DNA of 63,972 bases, the filler included, from Ministeria vibrans ATCC 50519 (lineage: Eukaryota; Protista; Filasterea): assembly GCA_943704425.1 (NCBI GenBank). It is 16 parts of 16 records of this genome, joined end to end, with 100 filler letters (N's around TTAATTAATTAA, not from the genome) between each part and the next. Parts side by side here need not be neighbours in the genome. Positions count along the whole stretch, not along the records: positions 2,303 to 24,686 come from CALSCP010000099.1; positions 24,787 to 25,930 come from CALSCP010002255.1; positions 26,031 to 31,496 come from CALSCP010002195.1; positions 31,597 to 33,779 come from CALSCP010001784.1; positions 33,880 to 36,660 come from CALSCP010001875.1; positions 36,761 to 38,057 come from CALSCP010000192.1; 10 more parts are not named here. One strand, written 5' to 3'. The position numbers and the translations under genes were made by a program. The notes beneath the pieces are model-generated. The model was not told the DNA's origin, searched no databases, and saw only the letters and a list, made by a program, of their open reading frames with translations. Each line of letters begins with the position of its first letter. Positions within the stretch are counted from its first letter, which is position 1. Below are positions 23,535 through 36,982 of this stretch, piece by piece.

Positions 23535-24507
23535 ATGAGCAAAACACAACGTCACGACAGTTTGTCACGTACGGAAGCAACTTCGTGACCGTTCAGAGTC
23601 TGTTTGCAGAGGTAGCTACAATTGAATGTCAAGGCGAATGCGAGTGAGCAAGTGCAAAACAAACCCGTATGAATGGTGTCGTACCCTGTGGAGTCGACAC
23701 GGTCGGCGGCACTGCACGAAGGGAGGGAGTCCGGCAGAGCAAGCACCTGAACAAACTGGGAAGGGAGGTCGACTGGGGGTTCGCTGGTGGGCTGGATCAC
23801 TTGGTCGGTGATGAATGGCTCGGGAGGGAGGAAGGTTTGCTCGACCGGAGCGGCGGTAACGGCGGGGTAGGTGCCGGAGATGGAGACGCCGTTGGCAAGG
23901 GGCGTGGGCGAGTCGTAGAAAAAAAGCAACTGGAAGTCGGGAACATCTTGATTAGACCACTGAAATGTGCCTGTAGGGGTGTTGGAGGGGGCGGCGATGA
24001 GCGTGCGTGTGTGCGAGATGCTTGTAAAACTAAACGTCTCGGTCACTTCGACAACCCAATTGGACTCCAGACGACAGTCGCCCTCCTCTTCAAGACCCGT
24101 CGCAATTTGATTGGAAACAAACGGGAGAGGACTCGACAAAGACGTCTGGGTGATGGTCGGGCATGCAGTTGTGGTGCACGAGAAGGAAAGAGCACCAGCG
24201 CCATTCTCCACAGCGTCATACGTTTCGTTCAGTAGAGGGCACGGGCTCTGCTGCGTGACAATGCCAAACGAACCCATGATGTACGTTTTTGTTGGTATCT
24301 AGACACAAAAAAAAAACAGTACACACACACACACACACACACACACAATTTCAGAGAATTTTCAGACTGCAGTGGCGAACACACACACACACAGAAATTG
24401 CCTTACGCCAGTTCCAAGAGGGTCCACGTCGACGGTGAAGCTTTGAGAGGTTCCAGCAACCGGATCAGCTGGTGCGGACCAGGTGGTTTGAAGTGAGGTA
24501 GCACCGG
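10041..24507 (-). CDS. Giant type-I membrane receptor: unrecognised ~270-aa repeats, 11 SRCR, cupredoxin-like, ~50 Ca-binding EGF, ZU5-like, TM, short cytoplasmic tail (5' end beyond the contig)
   Basis: An ~11-kb exon (~10600-21589) holds the SRCR (RLVGG..GRLEV..WGTVCDD..CSHAEDVGVxC) and EGF (DIDECASSPCQNGGTC) repeats. Splicing 10599->10503 gives the TM segment IGIIVGAALGAVLVILIIVVIVLMRR; the last exon ends ...LDGDVDV*. Upstream GT-AG exons keep the frame up to 24507. Confidence 0.9.
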
Positions 24508-24577
24508 CTGCACGCGTAGTGTGTGTAAGACAGAGCGAGACAGAGAGAGAGGGGAGAAAGAAAGAGAGGGGAGAAGG

Positions 24578-24686
<109 letters not shown>

Positions 24687-24817
24687 NNNNNNNNNNNNNN
24701 NNNNNNNNNNNNNNNNNNNNNNNNNNNNNNTTAATTAATTAANNNNNNNNNNNNNNNNNNNNNNNNNNNNNNNNNNNNNNNNNNNNCAAAGACACACACA
24801 CACACACACAAGACAAA

Positions 24818-24852
<35 letters not shown>

Positions 24853-24892
24853 GACACACACACACACACACACACACACACAAGACACACAA

Positions 24893-24933
<41 letters not shown>

Positions 24934-24967
24934 GGTTGGTTCAGTCTTGTCAACAACTTTTTTTTAC

Positions 24968-25274
24968 CGGAGGACCAAAAAGAAGAATTCCGCGCCAGGG
25001 CTGACGCTTTCCTGTAAACAGCTGAGGAAACTTGATGGGCAGAATGACTGCCTCTTTGAGTGCCTCTTTTGCGACCTCGAGACCCGCCACATCGTCCCAC
25101 TTGACATTTGGCTTCTCCGGCAGAATTTGATCTATTGTGTGCGTGTTATTTTTACAAAAAAAATTGATGAAGACATAAAATTGATTATTACATCTCAATC
25201 ACTTTTTCACTCCATCAATTTATTTCTTTCTATCAATTTCTCTCCATCAATTGGTTTCTCCCTCCTATCAATCA

Positions 25275-25318
<44 letters not shown>

Positions 25319-25662
25319 TGTTTCTTTCCCTCTCTTTCATCTCTCGTAGATAGGTGATCGTACCGGCCAACTGTTCGCGCATCTTCTTCTTCTCGGGATC
25401 GTCGTCGTCGTCGCTATGGTCGCCCTTGGCGCCGTCTGCCATGGGTTTCTTCTTTGTGTCCTTCTTGACTCCATTTTCGCGCTCAACGTATTCCCGCAGC
25501 TTCTCTGCACGGTCCAGGTACTGTACACACTTCTCGCGAATGCTCTGTTTGCTTCGCTCGTTCTTCTCGTCTGAACACAAACGAGTGTACAAAATCAGTG
25601 ACTTGATTGTGTGTGTACAACACATCAACTTACATTTCAAGGCGGTCATAAAGTACTGAAGG
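24968..25662 (-). CDS. VPS4: Vacuolar protein sorting 4 AAA ATPase (MIT domain + start of AAA domain, partial)
   Basis: [28 protein letters not shown]; [50 protein letters not shown]. Confidence 0.95.
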
Positions 25663-25770
25663 CTAGTTTGCGGCAATAATAAGACAAGGGAGAGAGTGTG
25701 TGAGTGAGAGAGAGGGAGAAGAAAGTAAGAAACAAAGTGGTAGAGAAGAGTGAGAGAGATAAGGAGAAGG

Positions 25771-25930
<160 letters not shown>

Positions 25931-26030
25931 NNNNNNNNNNNNNNNNNNNNNNNNNNNNNNNNNNNNNNNNNNNNTTAATTAATTAANNNNNNNNNNNNNN
26001 NNNNNNNNNNNNNNNNNNNNNNNNNNNNNN

Positions 26031-26119
<89 letters not shown>

Positions 26120-26163
26120 GCTTTCTGTCTTGGTGTTGACTGCTTTTTTGTTTCTGTATTTAG

Positions 26164-26950
26164 TGTACCGATCATGTTCCGTGGCGACAGGTTCGGTCTG
26201 AACGACACGTCGTATGTGGGTATGTGGAATGAGGTACAGGCGACGCACGGTGTCAAGCGTCTGGTGCATACTCAGCGCGTCAACAAGCACCATCGTTCAG
26301 GCGGCTCCATGCATCTGCTTGTGATCGTCACTGACAACAACTTCCTCTTTGTCAAGGAGACCAAGAAGGCTCTTCAGGTATATATTGAAGAAAAAGAAGA
26401 TCTTTCTTCCAAAGGCACATACGTAATGACTCTTGCACTTGTTATACAGGTCAAGTACACTCTACCGTTTGACGAAGTTCTCGGTTTGAGCACATCGACC
26501 ATTCACGATGGCACTGTGATTCTGCACGTGCGCGCTGCCGATGTAGGCGTCAAGGCGGCCAAGGGTGTCGAGAAGGGTGACTACCTGCTTGAGCTGCAGC
26601 ACCCCATTGAGTTCATTACCAAGGCTGCCATGACCATGCGCAGTTCCCTCAAGCGTCCTATCCAGATCAACATTGCCGACGAGTACGAAAACCCCAGTTC
26701 AAACCAATCATTTCCTCTGACTTACCCATGCTCTCTTGTTTTTTTTTGTCTTAGCATTGCTTATGTGGCCAAGGGCGTGCGGCAACAGATGCACATTGTG
26801 CGGTCGAGCAACCCGACGCTGACGACGGCGACGTACGTGCACGAGAAGAAGGGAGAGCACATGGGCTATGTGGTCAGTGTGCCGCAGAACGTCACTCCTG
26901 TCATGTTTAACATGGGTGCTGCGCCCTCCGTCGACATTCTCGACATGTGA
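26164..26950 (+). CDS. Class I myosin C-terminal TH1 tail (last 3 exons)
   Basis: VNKHHRSG..LLVIVTD..VKYTLPFDEVLGLSTS..DGTVILHV..KGDYLL..PIEFITK is the TH1 PH-like pattern; introns 26378-26449 and 26682-26754. Confidence 0.75.
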
Positions 26951-27051
26951 TTCATACAATACAACAAAACACAAACTACTACTACTATTATTACCATTAC
27001 TATTCCCATTGATTGTTTGACATTCTTTGTATTGAAGGGGGGCTCGAGATG

Positions 27052-28162
27052 TCATTGGGTGAGCGGCAGACACATATTGTAGTGGGCGTCTGCCTTGAAG
27101 ATGCTGTCGGGTTTCTTCCATGCACACCATCCTTTGCTCTGAATTGTCCTACGATGCACAAGAGTGAGAGCCTTTCTCTTTTTCTCTCTCTTTCTTGCGT
27201 GTGAGTACTGAAGGTCTTCGTCTCCGGTGTAGTGAGGGTCGAGAATAAGAAGCTGGACGTCGCCCGTGTCCTCCTGGTGGTGAATGCCGAGTATAGTGTG
27301 CGCGAGAACACCCCCGCCAATCATAACGGGCGAGCCCACTGTATGGAAGTGTCGCACCAGTTCACGTGCCTGTGACGGCACTTCCCGTCCGTTGCTTACA
27401 AACAAAATCCGTGAACTCACCTAAAACATGCATTATATAAAAGATGTATTAGTGTAAAAAAAACGAGTAGGATTCTCCTACCCCCAAATGTTCGTTCAGG
27501 ACCATTTGGATCTCCTGCGAGCCAATCCATTCCTTTGAGCCAATAAACTTCTTCTGCTTGTCGCCCAGTTTGACAAGCGTCTCCTGGATTTGAGAGTGAG
27601 TCGGCACTGCCTTGTCCGTGTAGCCCTACGCACAGAGAGACAAATACAAGAAAAATGAGCTGTTTTTGGATTTGCGTGGCGCTGAGTTGGCACTGCACAG
27701 GCGCACCTGTAGACGAAACCAGGACCAGATTGTCTGGAGAGAGCGGTATGCACAGCCCCAGCCCTACACACACAAGAGCATGATTGGATGTGAGTTGATG
27801 TGTTCGGATCAATCACATTGGTGTATTTCTCCCATCTCTCTTCCTATCACTTTGTTTCCCTCTCTTTCATTCGTTTATCACTTTGTTTCTCTCTCTCTTT
27901 CCTATCTCGCTCTCACTTGCTTTCTTTATCCTTCCTCTTTCTCTCTTTTAGTTTATGAACGTGATGTACCTTGTCGTTAAAGCGCTCTTGCATGTAGTGA
28001 TAGTATTCGTATGAGCCGCGCACAACCGCAATGGTGCCCGTCCCTACAATTGGGTGTTTGAATGGCCAAGGGGGGAACAGCATAATCAGGTACCTCTCGG
28101 CGGTGATGCGCCAATATGAACATCAACAAGACGACCTGTACATATATAGATAAAGAGAAAAA

Positions 28163-28258
<96 letters not shown>

Positions 28259-28728
28259 NNNNNNNNNNNNNNNNNNNNNNNNNNNNNNNNNNNNNNNNNN
28301 NNNNNNNNNNNNNNNNNNNNNNNNNNNNNNNNNNNNNNNNNNNNNNNNNNNNNNNNNNNNNNNNNNNNNNNNNNNNNNNNNNNNNNNNNNNNNNNNNNNN
28401 NNNNNNNNNNNNNNNNNNNNNNNNNNNNNNNNNNNNNNNNNNNNNNNNNNNNNNNNNNNNNNNNNNNNNNNNNNNNNNNNNNNNNNNNNNNNNNNNNNNN
28501 NNNNNNNNNNNNNNNNNNNNNNNNNNNNNNNNNNNNNNNNNNNNNNNNNNNNNNNNNNNNNNNNNNNNNNNNNNNNNNNNNNNNNNNNNNNNNNNNNNNN
28601 NNNNNNNNNNNNNNNNNNNNNNNNNNNNNNNNNNNNNNNGGGAACAGCATAATCAGGTACCTCTCGGCGGTGATGCGCCAATATGAACATCAACAAGACG
28701 ACTGTACATATATAGATAAAGAGAAAAA

Positions 28729-28795
<67 letters not shown>

Positions 28796-29352
28796 TAAAC
28801 AGACGAGTGTGTACCAGAGGGATTCTCGGAGGAGAGAGAAACTGCGGCTGAAAAGCGCAATCCTGGGCTGTTGGGTGGGAGCAGCAGAAGCGCTTTGAGT
28901 CGAGTGCACAGCTCAGCTGCAAAGTGAGTAAGAGAAAGAGGAAAAAGAGAGAGAGAGAGAGACGAAAGAGAGAGAGAAGAGAAAGAGAGCGAGAGACAGA
29001 GCGAGAAACAAAGTGATAGAGAGAGAGAAAGAAAGTGATAGAGAGAGAGAGAAACAAAGTGATAGAGAGAGAAAAAGTGATAAAGAGAGAAAGAAACAAG
29101 GTGATGAAGAGAGAGAAAAACAATGCAAAAGAGAGAGAAGAATGAGGAAAAAACAGGAAGAGACAAAGTGATCAAATGTGAACGCTTTCTTGTATACCAC
29201 AATCGGATTCGGACTGAGAGTGGTCGACGGGAAAGACCAAGGAGACGAGATAGGGAGCATTGGGAAGACGAAAGTGCAGAATGCGGGGAGAGAGCATGCG
29301 GTTGTCCTGCAGCGACAAACAAAACACGTCATGAGTTGTCACAAACAAACAA

Positions 29353-29393
<41 letters not shown>

Positions 29394-30916
29394 CGTGCAT
29401 CGACGGGTTTGTAATACCTCTGCGAGAGCGCGGGCTGAGTGGGAGAATACACTGCGAAGCTGGACAGTGGCTGCGTCGCGAACCACGCGACAGAGAGCAG
29501 ACATGGACAAAGCCGCAGACGCATAGACCACAAGGTCCAGGGAAAATACAAGCGACGTCGACACACATACCACTAAACAACAACGAAACGAATATTTCAC
29601 ACATTAGAGAGGTATAAAAGAGAAAGAGTTGGTGATACTTTCGCCGTAGAAGAGAGTGGTAGAGGGCGGAGGGTGTTGGGTGCCGTCGGTAGAGAGCTTC
29701 GCGTCGACAGAGCGTGCCAGAAAAAGATCAAGGGCAATGGGATTGATATAGGCGGGAGGGGCGGCAGCCGAGCCCTTGGACGACGACGATGCGGAGGAGG
29801 AGGAGGAGGAGGACGCAGGGTGAACGGTCGCATAGACAGAGGCGCAGGTCGCCGCTTTCGACGAGTCGCTGTCGCTCTGGTATGCGTTTTGTGTGCCTGC
29901 TACTACGAGAAGGTTTCGACTATCTTGCACTGCTGCCTCCAGACGCTCACTCTGTCGCTTCAGAATGGCCGCGGGAGTTTCGTCTAAAACGAGTGTGCAA
30001 TATAATTAGGAGACACCATAAATTATGTCTACAACATGTCTTACAGTCCTTCTCTTCGTGAGCAATGTCAATGCGGGGCAAATTTCCCGAAATATGGAAA
30101 GGAATAAATGACTTTTGAAAGAGTGCGCGAGTGTCCTCAAAGGTTGCTTTCGCCTGAAGCGAGAGCAGGTCAGTACACTGTTTTACCACCGCCTTTCGTC
30201 TTGCGTACCTCCGTATACGTTCCCGAGTTGAAGACACCACAATAGGGAGCACCACCGGCATCAAGCGGAATGCCAATGACGAGCTGCGGCAGCTTGATCG
30301 GCAGCACACCGCCCCCCTTCGCCAAGCAGCAGCGTGTCAGCCCCCGACGCACTGCCCACTCCCATTTGCCCTCCTACCTGCTCCGCGTGCGACAACGCAA
30401 GCTTCTCCGCCACCCGTTTGTTCATCTGCGCCACGCCTTCGTCGTCAGACAGAGCGCCGTGCGTAAAGACCAGTCCGCGAACAGACAGACCTACAACATC
30501 AAAATTGTATCGACGTGAGAATCAAAATTGTCTGTTTTTTCCCCTGATTTGCATTTTTTTCTTCGCGAGGCGAGACTGCAACCCGCTCTCAGACGACGCC
30601 CTACCGGCAGGCACAAGCGTGCGGCTTTTGAAGCGGATCTGCGACCAGCTGGCGATGTCGTTGGTCGGGTTGAGATCGGCGCAGTGGACGGCGCCAAACA
30701 CAAGCGGGTCTGCTGTGGGGAGGGGGAGGGGGACGGGGCGGTCAGTCGCCGGTGATCGAGGCACGCGCCACGCGCCACGCAGTGTGGACCGCACACACAC
30801 ACACAGTCGGTGTGAGGGTGATGCTTACCGGGCGCACCAATCAAAATACTCAGTGTGGGCGTCGCCGACAGGCGCGCTCCTTCAATCACCGATGACTCTA
30901 CTACCCAGTTGGTCAT
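27052..30916 (-). CDS. UFSP2: Ufm1-specific protease 2 (peptidase C78), multi-exon; N-terminal exons tentative
   Basis: [14 protein letters not shown]|[16 protein letters not shown] (catalytic Cys), [31 protein letters not shown] (DPH motif), KGWCAWK. Confidence 0.9.
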
Positions 30917-31256
30917 TTGTCTCTGGAGATTGAAAAAATATTAATAAAAATTATTGTTCATAATTGTTGGATTGTTTTATTTGGAAGGAGACATTAATTT
31001 TTATATGAAATAGATTATAATGCACAGACACAACACAACCAGTTCAGAACCACAGTCAAGCGCGTGGAGCGACATGAGCACCAATATCATTATTCCTCAC
31101 TAGGATGGGTGCTCTGGATGAGCTGGATCAACTCATAAGCGACGAACAGCACACGAACAATGAGTAAATCACATTGATTAAATATCAAAACATTCACTTT
31201 CTTTCCTTCAAAGATCATCGTTGCGTGCGTCCACTGCCTGACTGACAAGCACCATC

Positions 31257-31412
31257 ATGATGAAGACCATGGTGCTCCTGTACGCCGTGGTGGCCCCCGC
31301 GTTGGTCCTGGCGGTCTCTGAAGTCGCTATGACGCGCAACGGCCCTGTGGAGTGGCGCGCCCCTCGCGATGGCGACCTTGCATGGGCATCGCTGTCAGAC
31401 AATCGCACGACC
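31257..31412 (+). CDS. First exon of a secreted protein, possibly phospholipase B-like
   Basis: MMKTMVLLYAVVAPALVLA signal peptide; DGDLAWASLSDNRTT|gt resembles the AWA.(L/F).N...TGW start of PLBD proteins. Confidence 0.4.
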
Positions 31413-31596
31413 GTACGCAATTCCATTCAGAGTTAGTTCGTATGACAGGGGTTGTTGTGGAAGCCGTTGGAGTGATGGTCGGTGTCAATGACATCGNNNN
31501 NNNNNNNNNNNNNNNNNNNNNNNNNNNNNNNNNNNNNNNNTTAATTAATTAANNNNNNNNNNNNNNNNNNNNNNNNNNNNNNNNNNNNNNNNNNNN

Positions 31597-31686
<90 letters not shown>

Positions 31687-31824
31687 GTTATTATTATTAG
31701 AAAAATAACTGAAAGACGTTTCCAATACATTGTTAATCGCAAGCAAAAAGCGACAACTTATTTTTATAATAATAATTTATAATTATTATTATTATTTTTT
31801 ATTTAATAATTTTATTATTATTAA

Positions 31825-31855
<31 letters not shown>

Positions 31856-31866
31856 ATTATTTATTA

Positions 31867-32934
31867 GTGACCTCATTGGATCGACCGAGTGCCATGCTGG
31901 CGTCTGCAATTCGACGCGTGACACTGACGGCGGAAGGAACAATGACAGCTCGACAGCGGACTCTGCGGGATCAGCTGGAAGGAAAAGGGGGCGCAGCCAT
32001 TTCGATTGCATTGGCACTGATTGGGAGTGAACAACGAGAGGAAGACGAAGACGAAAAGGGAAATGCTATGCATGGGGGAGGATTGCTGATGGATGCAATG
32101 GAGGAAGGCGATGAGGATGACGGCTCCTCGGACAAACCAAAGCCAGTACCCAATGCGCTGCAACGCACTGTGCTCATTGCAAATGGCCAGTCAATCCAAG
32201 AAACCGTGCTATTGGACGCGCTGCGGCGCATTTCTTCGCTCGACTCGCGTCTCTCCCGTGCCATTCCCCCGTCTGAAGCGCGTGCCTTCAAACAGGCAAT
32301 GGAGCGTCGCACTGACCTCCTGCGCTCACTCGACTACTTTGACTTTCTTCACTACATCTTCACTGTGTGTCCCTCAGACGGTTTACCTTTAAACCTCTCA
32401 ATGCCGACTGCACGCGCACCACACCAGCCTCACCACCACCATGACAGTATTCCTCCTTCATCTCCGTCCGACCCAATTGTCGAGCCTCCTTTCTTTGACC
32501 AACGCTACCAGCACCAGCACCAGCAACAACAACAACACCAGCACCAACTACAACACCACCATCACCACCGCCACGACCAGCGACTGCCCCACGCCCAATC
32601 ACTCACCACCCCACGCAGTGCCCATGCAGGCCAAACACCATCGTCGCGCTCTCCATTAATATTATCATCATCTACAGCAGCAGCGACAACAGCGTTCGCC
32701 CCCCTCATGACCATTCTTCCCGCCGTCCCTCAGCCCCGCTCTGCCGCACACCCTCGCACGTCCCACCACCACCATGACCTGCAACAACACTCACAGTCTC
32801 GCTCTCGTGTTGCTCCCTTGCCCCCAATCAATCTTGAGCTTGTCGCTGTACGCCCCCCTCAGTCCTCTCACACCTCCCTTCCTTCTTCCTCGACCATTCG
32901 TGGCCCGTTCCGTCGTTCAAATTCACACATGTAA
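31867..32934 (+). CDS. Hypothetical protein, terminal exon, with His/Gln/Pro-rich tail
   Basis: 355-codon open frame after an (AAT)n intron ending in ttag; no family recognised. Confidence 0.6.
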   Translation: MTSLDRPSAMLASAIRRVTLTAEGTMTARQRTLRDQLEGKGGAAISIALALIGSEQREEDEDEKGNAMHGGGLLMDAMEEGDEDDGSSDKPKPVPNALQRTVLIANGQSIQETVLLDALRRISSLDSRLSRAIPPSEARAFKQAMERRTDLLRSLDYFDFLHYIFTVCPSDGLPLNLSMPTARAPHQPHHHHDSIPPSSPSDPIVEPPFFDQRYQHQHQQQQQHQHQLQHHHHHRHDQRLPHAQSLTTPRSAHAGQTPSSRSPLILSSSTAAATTAFAPLMTILPAVPQPRSAAHPRTSHHHHDLQQHSQSRSRVAPLPPINLELVAVRPPQSSHTSLPSSSTIRGPFRRSNSHM

Positions 32935-33009
32935 TAATAACATTAAATTACAGCCATAACAGTTAATAATAAATACAGCAATCACAGGATGGAGCTATTT
33001 CTTGGTGAG

Positions 33010-33743
33010 CTAAAGCTTGCGTCGACGCGACTCAAACTCGCGCGTTCGTTCCCTGTCAATCTTCTTCAGACGTGCTACACGGAGAGACACTTCCGATGCA
33101 ATTTTCGCTTCAATGTCCCTCGTTGCTCGCCCGAGACGCCGCATCTTGTCGAGGAACTGACGCCGTTCTTCAATCTCGCTACACACATCCTCAAATTCGT
33201 CGTAAGGTGCCAGTTCTGCGGAGACTCCATCTTCCTCCTCCTCTTCTTCTTCTTCTTCTCTGTCGTGGCCAGTCGCCAGCAGATTCTGTAATCGTTCCTT
33301 CTCGCGCGGGTGCCGCACAGGCGCACTCGGAACAAACTTGTCGCGGTCCGTCTGTTTGATGTGCGTTCGAATGCCAGGCCGCGCAGACACTGTCGGATTC
33401 AGCACCACCACCTTATGTTTCGCCTGTGTGCCTTTTGAGTTCACCATGACAACCGAAAATAATATCATTCATCCCGAACGATTTACCTTTTGATCGTATC
33501 CCAAGCTACTGGCAACAGGTATTCGTGGCGGTCCAGATGCGAGTGCAGTCTTTGAGGCGTCTTTCAGCACACGACGTTGATGAGCAGACAATTTTGCGTC
33601 TGTCATCATTCGCTCCAAAAGTTTACTCGTCCCCTCCGAAAGTTGTCGTTGATCCTTGGCTCCATTGCTCTCTGTGTGTGAATCTTCTTTTTCTTATTAT
33701 TTATTATTTTGTTCAACTCACAACTGAATTTTTTCACATTCAT
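33010..33743 (-). CDS. C22orf23: UPF0193/EVG1 (C22orf23)-family protein
   Basis: TSKLLERMMTDAKLSAHQRR; REKERLQNLLATG; FEDVCSEIEERRQFLDKMRRLG..EVSLRVARLKKID. Confidence 0.75.
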
Positions 33744-34149
33744 TGTCACAGTCCAGTGACCTCCCAACTCACTTGATTGNNNNNNNNNNNNNNNNNNNNN
33801 NNNNNNNNNNNNNNNNNNNNNNNTTAATTAATTAANNNNNNNNNNNNNNNNNNNNNNNNNNNNNNNNNNNNNNNNNNNNTAAATACACTTTTATTTAGAA
33901 TCTATTGAGCGTCTGGGACGTTTTGTTTTTTACTGAATTGTACAATATTGTCTGGATTCTACGTAGGATTAGTATAGTAAAAATAATGATATTTTGTCGA
34001 AGGGTTCTATTCAAAATCCATCAATTTTTCAGCCCATCTATTCAAAATCCCCTATCTATTCAAAATCCGTCGAACGTGCAATTGGAGCCTTTTTAAATTA
34101 AAAAATTGCGCCGACCAGAAAGCGAGTTTATTCATTCTTTCACAGATTG

Positions 34150-36046
34150 CTAGACACCATCATAAGCTGTGATCCACCCGATGTCTGCCGGATATCTGGA
34201 TCATGATGGCGATGTTGGAAGAAGGAGACTGGCGGACGGCCACAGTGAGCAGTCTGGAGCGCCTTGATGATCTTGCGACTGTTTTCAAAATTGCACTTTA
34301 TCATCTGCTAATTGTAATCCACCATAAATTACAGAATTATAAGCGTGGCAAACATACCCTCCTCAAAATGGTTAAAAAAAATAGGTGCTGTTCCTTTTCA
34401 GTTTATTATAATTATGATCAACTGATCAATTCCAACCATAACAAAAACACCCAAAATATTTGGGTTACACATCGCAAACACCAAACTTTTGACCAGCGGC
34501 ACACTTGCGCACCTGAGCATTCGCATAACAGCGCCAGTACCTGGGACCGATCGCATCAGGGCCTCCATCAAGCTCATTCGTCCAAAAATCATTCAACGAA
34601 GCAAAATTCCTGTTGTTGGTAACCGGAGGAAGTGGTGGTAAAGGAGGCTCAAGCGACAACACTTTGGTAAAGGCACCATTCAAAGCAATTCGCTCGTTTT
34701 CGTTAAACATTAAATTTTGGCGAATGTCAGCCAGCTGGGCTGGGTTCGCACTCCCAAAGTCCCACTTCCCAAGGTGTAAAATCCAGCTCATGGCACGGTT
34801 GACGGCATCGCCGACCGTAGCTGAGAGTGTTCCATCAATTGGGCGAGGATCGCGAAAGCAGGCCCGCACAGCGATGGCAATCGTGTATGAGGCAGCAATC
34901 TTCCCAAGTACATCCAGAGTGTCATAGAGGCGTAGAGCTTTCTGGGCTTCCAAGATGGCTACCTTTAAAGAACAAAAAAATGCATAATCGCAAGCAGAAT
35001 CGTCGTATCGCACACGTATCTGAAGGAGAATGTGGACAGAAAATAAGTTGAGACTATACACGAGAATGATTTGCCAATAAAATTGTAACGAGAGAGGAAC
35101 GCGAGAGAGAAAGAAAGAAAGAGAGAGAAAAGAAAGGGAGACGTAGACAAATGGAGAAGGTGGGTAACAAAGAGGGACAGAGACAGAAAATGACAACGAA
35201 TGAAACGAACAAGCACAAAAACAAATACATACAGCTTGTTTGTGGTGATACAGAGAAAGAATAATGTTTTCATACCTGGCCTGATGAAAGTGGGCCCCGA
35301 TCTTCTGTTATGGTGAGGTTCAAAATGTTCGTGGGGTCGTACTTTGTACCTCGGATAAAACAAACAACAGCCGACGCAGCACACATTGCATTGAAATGCA
35401 TTTCAGCAGGAAGCTCTACGAAATCCAAATGGACTGCACCATCGTCGAGGAGGGCAGCAACACGATATTTTGCCTCTGTTTCTACTCCATGCACAAAGCA
35501 TTTGTTCCTGCTGCGACCAATGTGACGAAGAATATCAAAGACTTGGTTCGCGCATGGAGTTTGAGTATTAGCACATTGTTGCCTGTCAAGCTTTGCAGGC
35601 AAGCTTTGGTTCGAAAATAATTCGTGTAGCATGAAACACGCAGCCATACACTTCCATTTTGCAATCAGCTCATTCTTCTTCTTTACGTATCGCAAGAACA
35701 TATCGACGAGTTTTTCCATGCACATACAAAAGCAAAGGGGGACCAAGAGCCAGTCAATTCTGATGCCATACAGCTTGTTGTCCAAGTTGAACGGCAGAGA
35801 AAACCAAATTTCTGAAGAAAAGTACAAGCTGCTGCCCAATATCATACAGCCAAGGAATATCAGAGCTTTAACTAGCCAAGGCGAGGGACGTTGATCTCTA
35901 TTGCAAGCCAATAAGAGTGCACGCACAAACTGCAGCAAAGCTTCAAACTTCACTGCTTCGTCGTCCATATCCGCGATGTTTTCCACAATTGGAGGGTGAG
36001 TCACCATTGTTAAGCAAATGACTATCAAGAATATTGCGATGGCTAT

Positions 36047-36129
<83 letters not shown>

Positions 36130-36296
36130 GCACATACGAAATACTGGCAGATGCGGAGCGAAACAGAGCCAGGGAGAGAAAGGTGGGGAGAGGAGAACAA
36201 CGGCAGACGGACAGAAAAAAAGGTAGCGGCACAGACTGTCTGTGAAAGAACCATGCGGCAAACGCGAATATTGCGTTTAATGATTCTGCCGCTCAT
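34150..36296 (-). CDS. Orphan multi-exon protein, boundaries approximate
   Basis: Long open exons at ~35277-36010 and ~34470-35020 with GT-AG junctions; no family recognised. Confidence 0.5.
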
Positions 36297-36760
36297 GTTG
36301 GATTGGAGGTTGGGAAAGAAAAGAGCACACACAGAGCGCGTCATCTTTTAACATTTTTTCGGATACTCTCGACAACGCTCCCTACGCAAAAATGTACGCC
36401 CGCAACCACAACACAAGAATACAACCGCCCCCAACACACTACATCACACCCATTGCACACCCAAATTTAGAGGCGCTAGGCAATGTTTGCGGTTGGTCAC
36501 AAGGCGTTATCGCGGCCAATGCAGTCATCGCCATCCTCACCCGGTCACCCCTGTCTTTTAGCCGCCTCATACAACCCCTGGGACCATACGGCACCCAGAA
36601 CCGAGGCGATGGTCTAAAGGCGTGGGGAAGAAGGACACGAAGAGGAGTAGCGCAAAGTGANNNNNNNNNNNNNNNNNNNNNNNNNNNNNNNNNNNNNNNN
36701 NNNNTTAATTAATTAANNNNNNNNNNNNNNNNNNNNNNNNNNNNNNNNNNNNNNNNNNNN

Positions 36761-36840
<80 letters not shown>

Positions 36841-36982
36841 TTATTATTATTATTATTATTATTATTATTCTTATTATTATTATTATTCTTATTATTATTA
36901 TTATTCTTATTATTATTATTATTATGATTGTCATTATGATTATTATATGATTGTGTGCATGGATTTGAAGTCGACCACTTAC

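Noticed and set aside
28071-28790. Duplicated UFSP2 exon on both sides of an N gap (28071-28258 vs 28640-28790)
   Set aside because: Near-identical overlap flanking a scaffold gap at a GA microsatellite; most likely an assembly artefact
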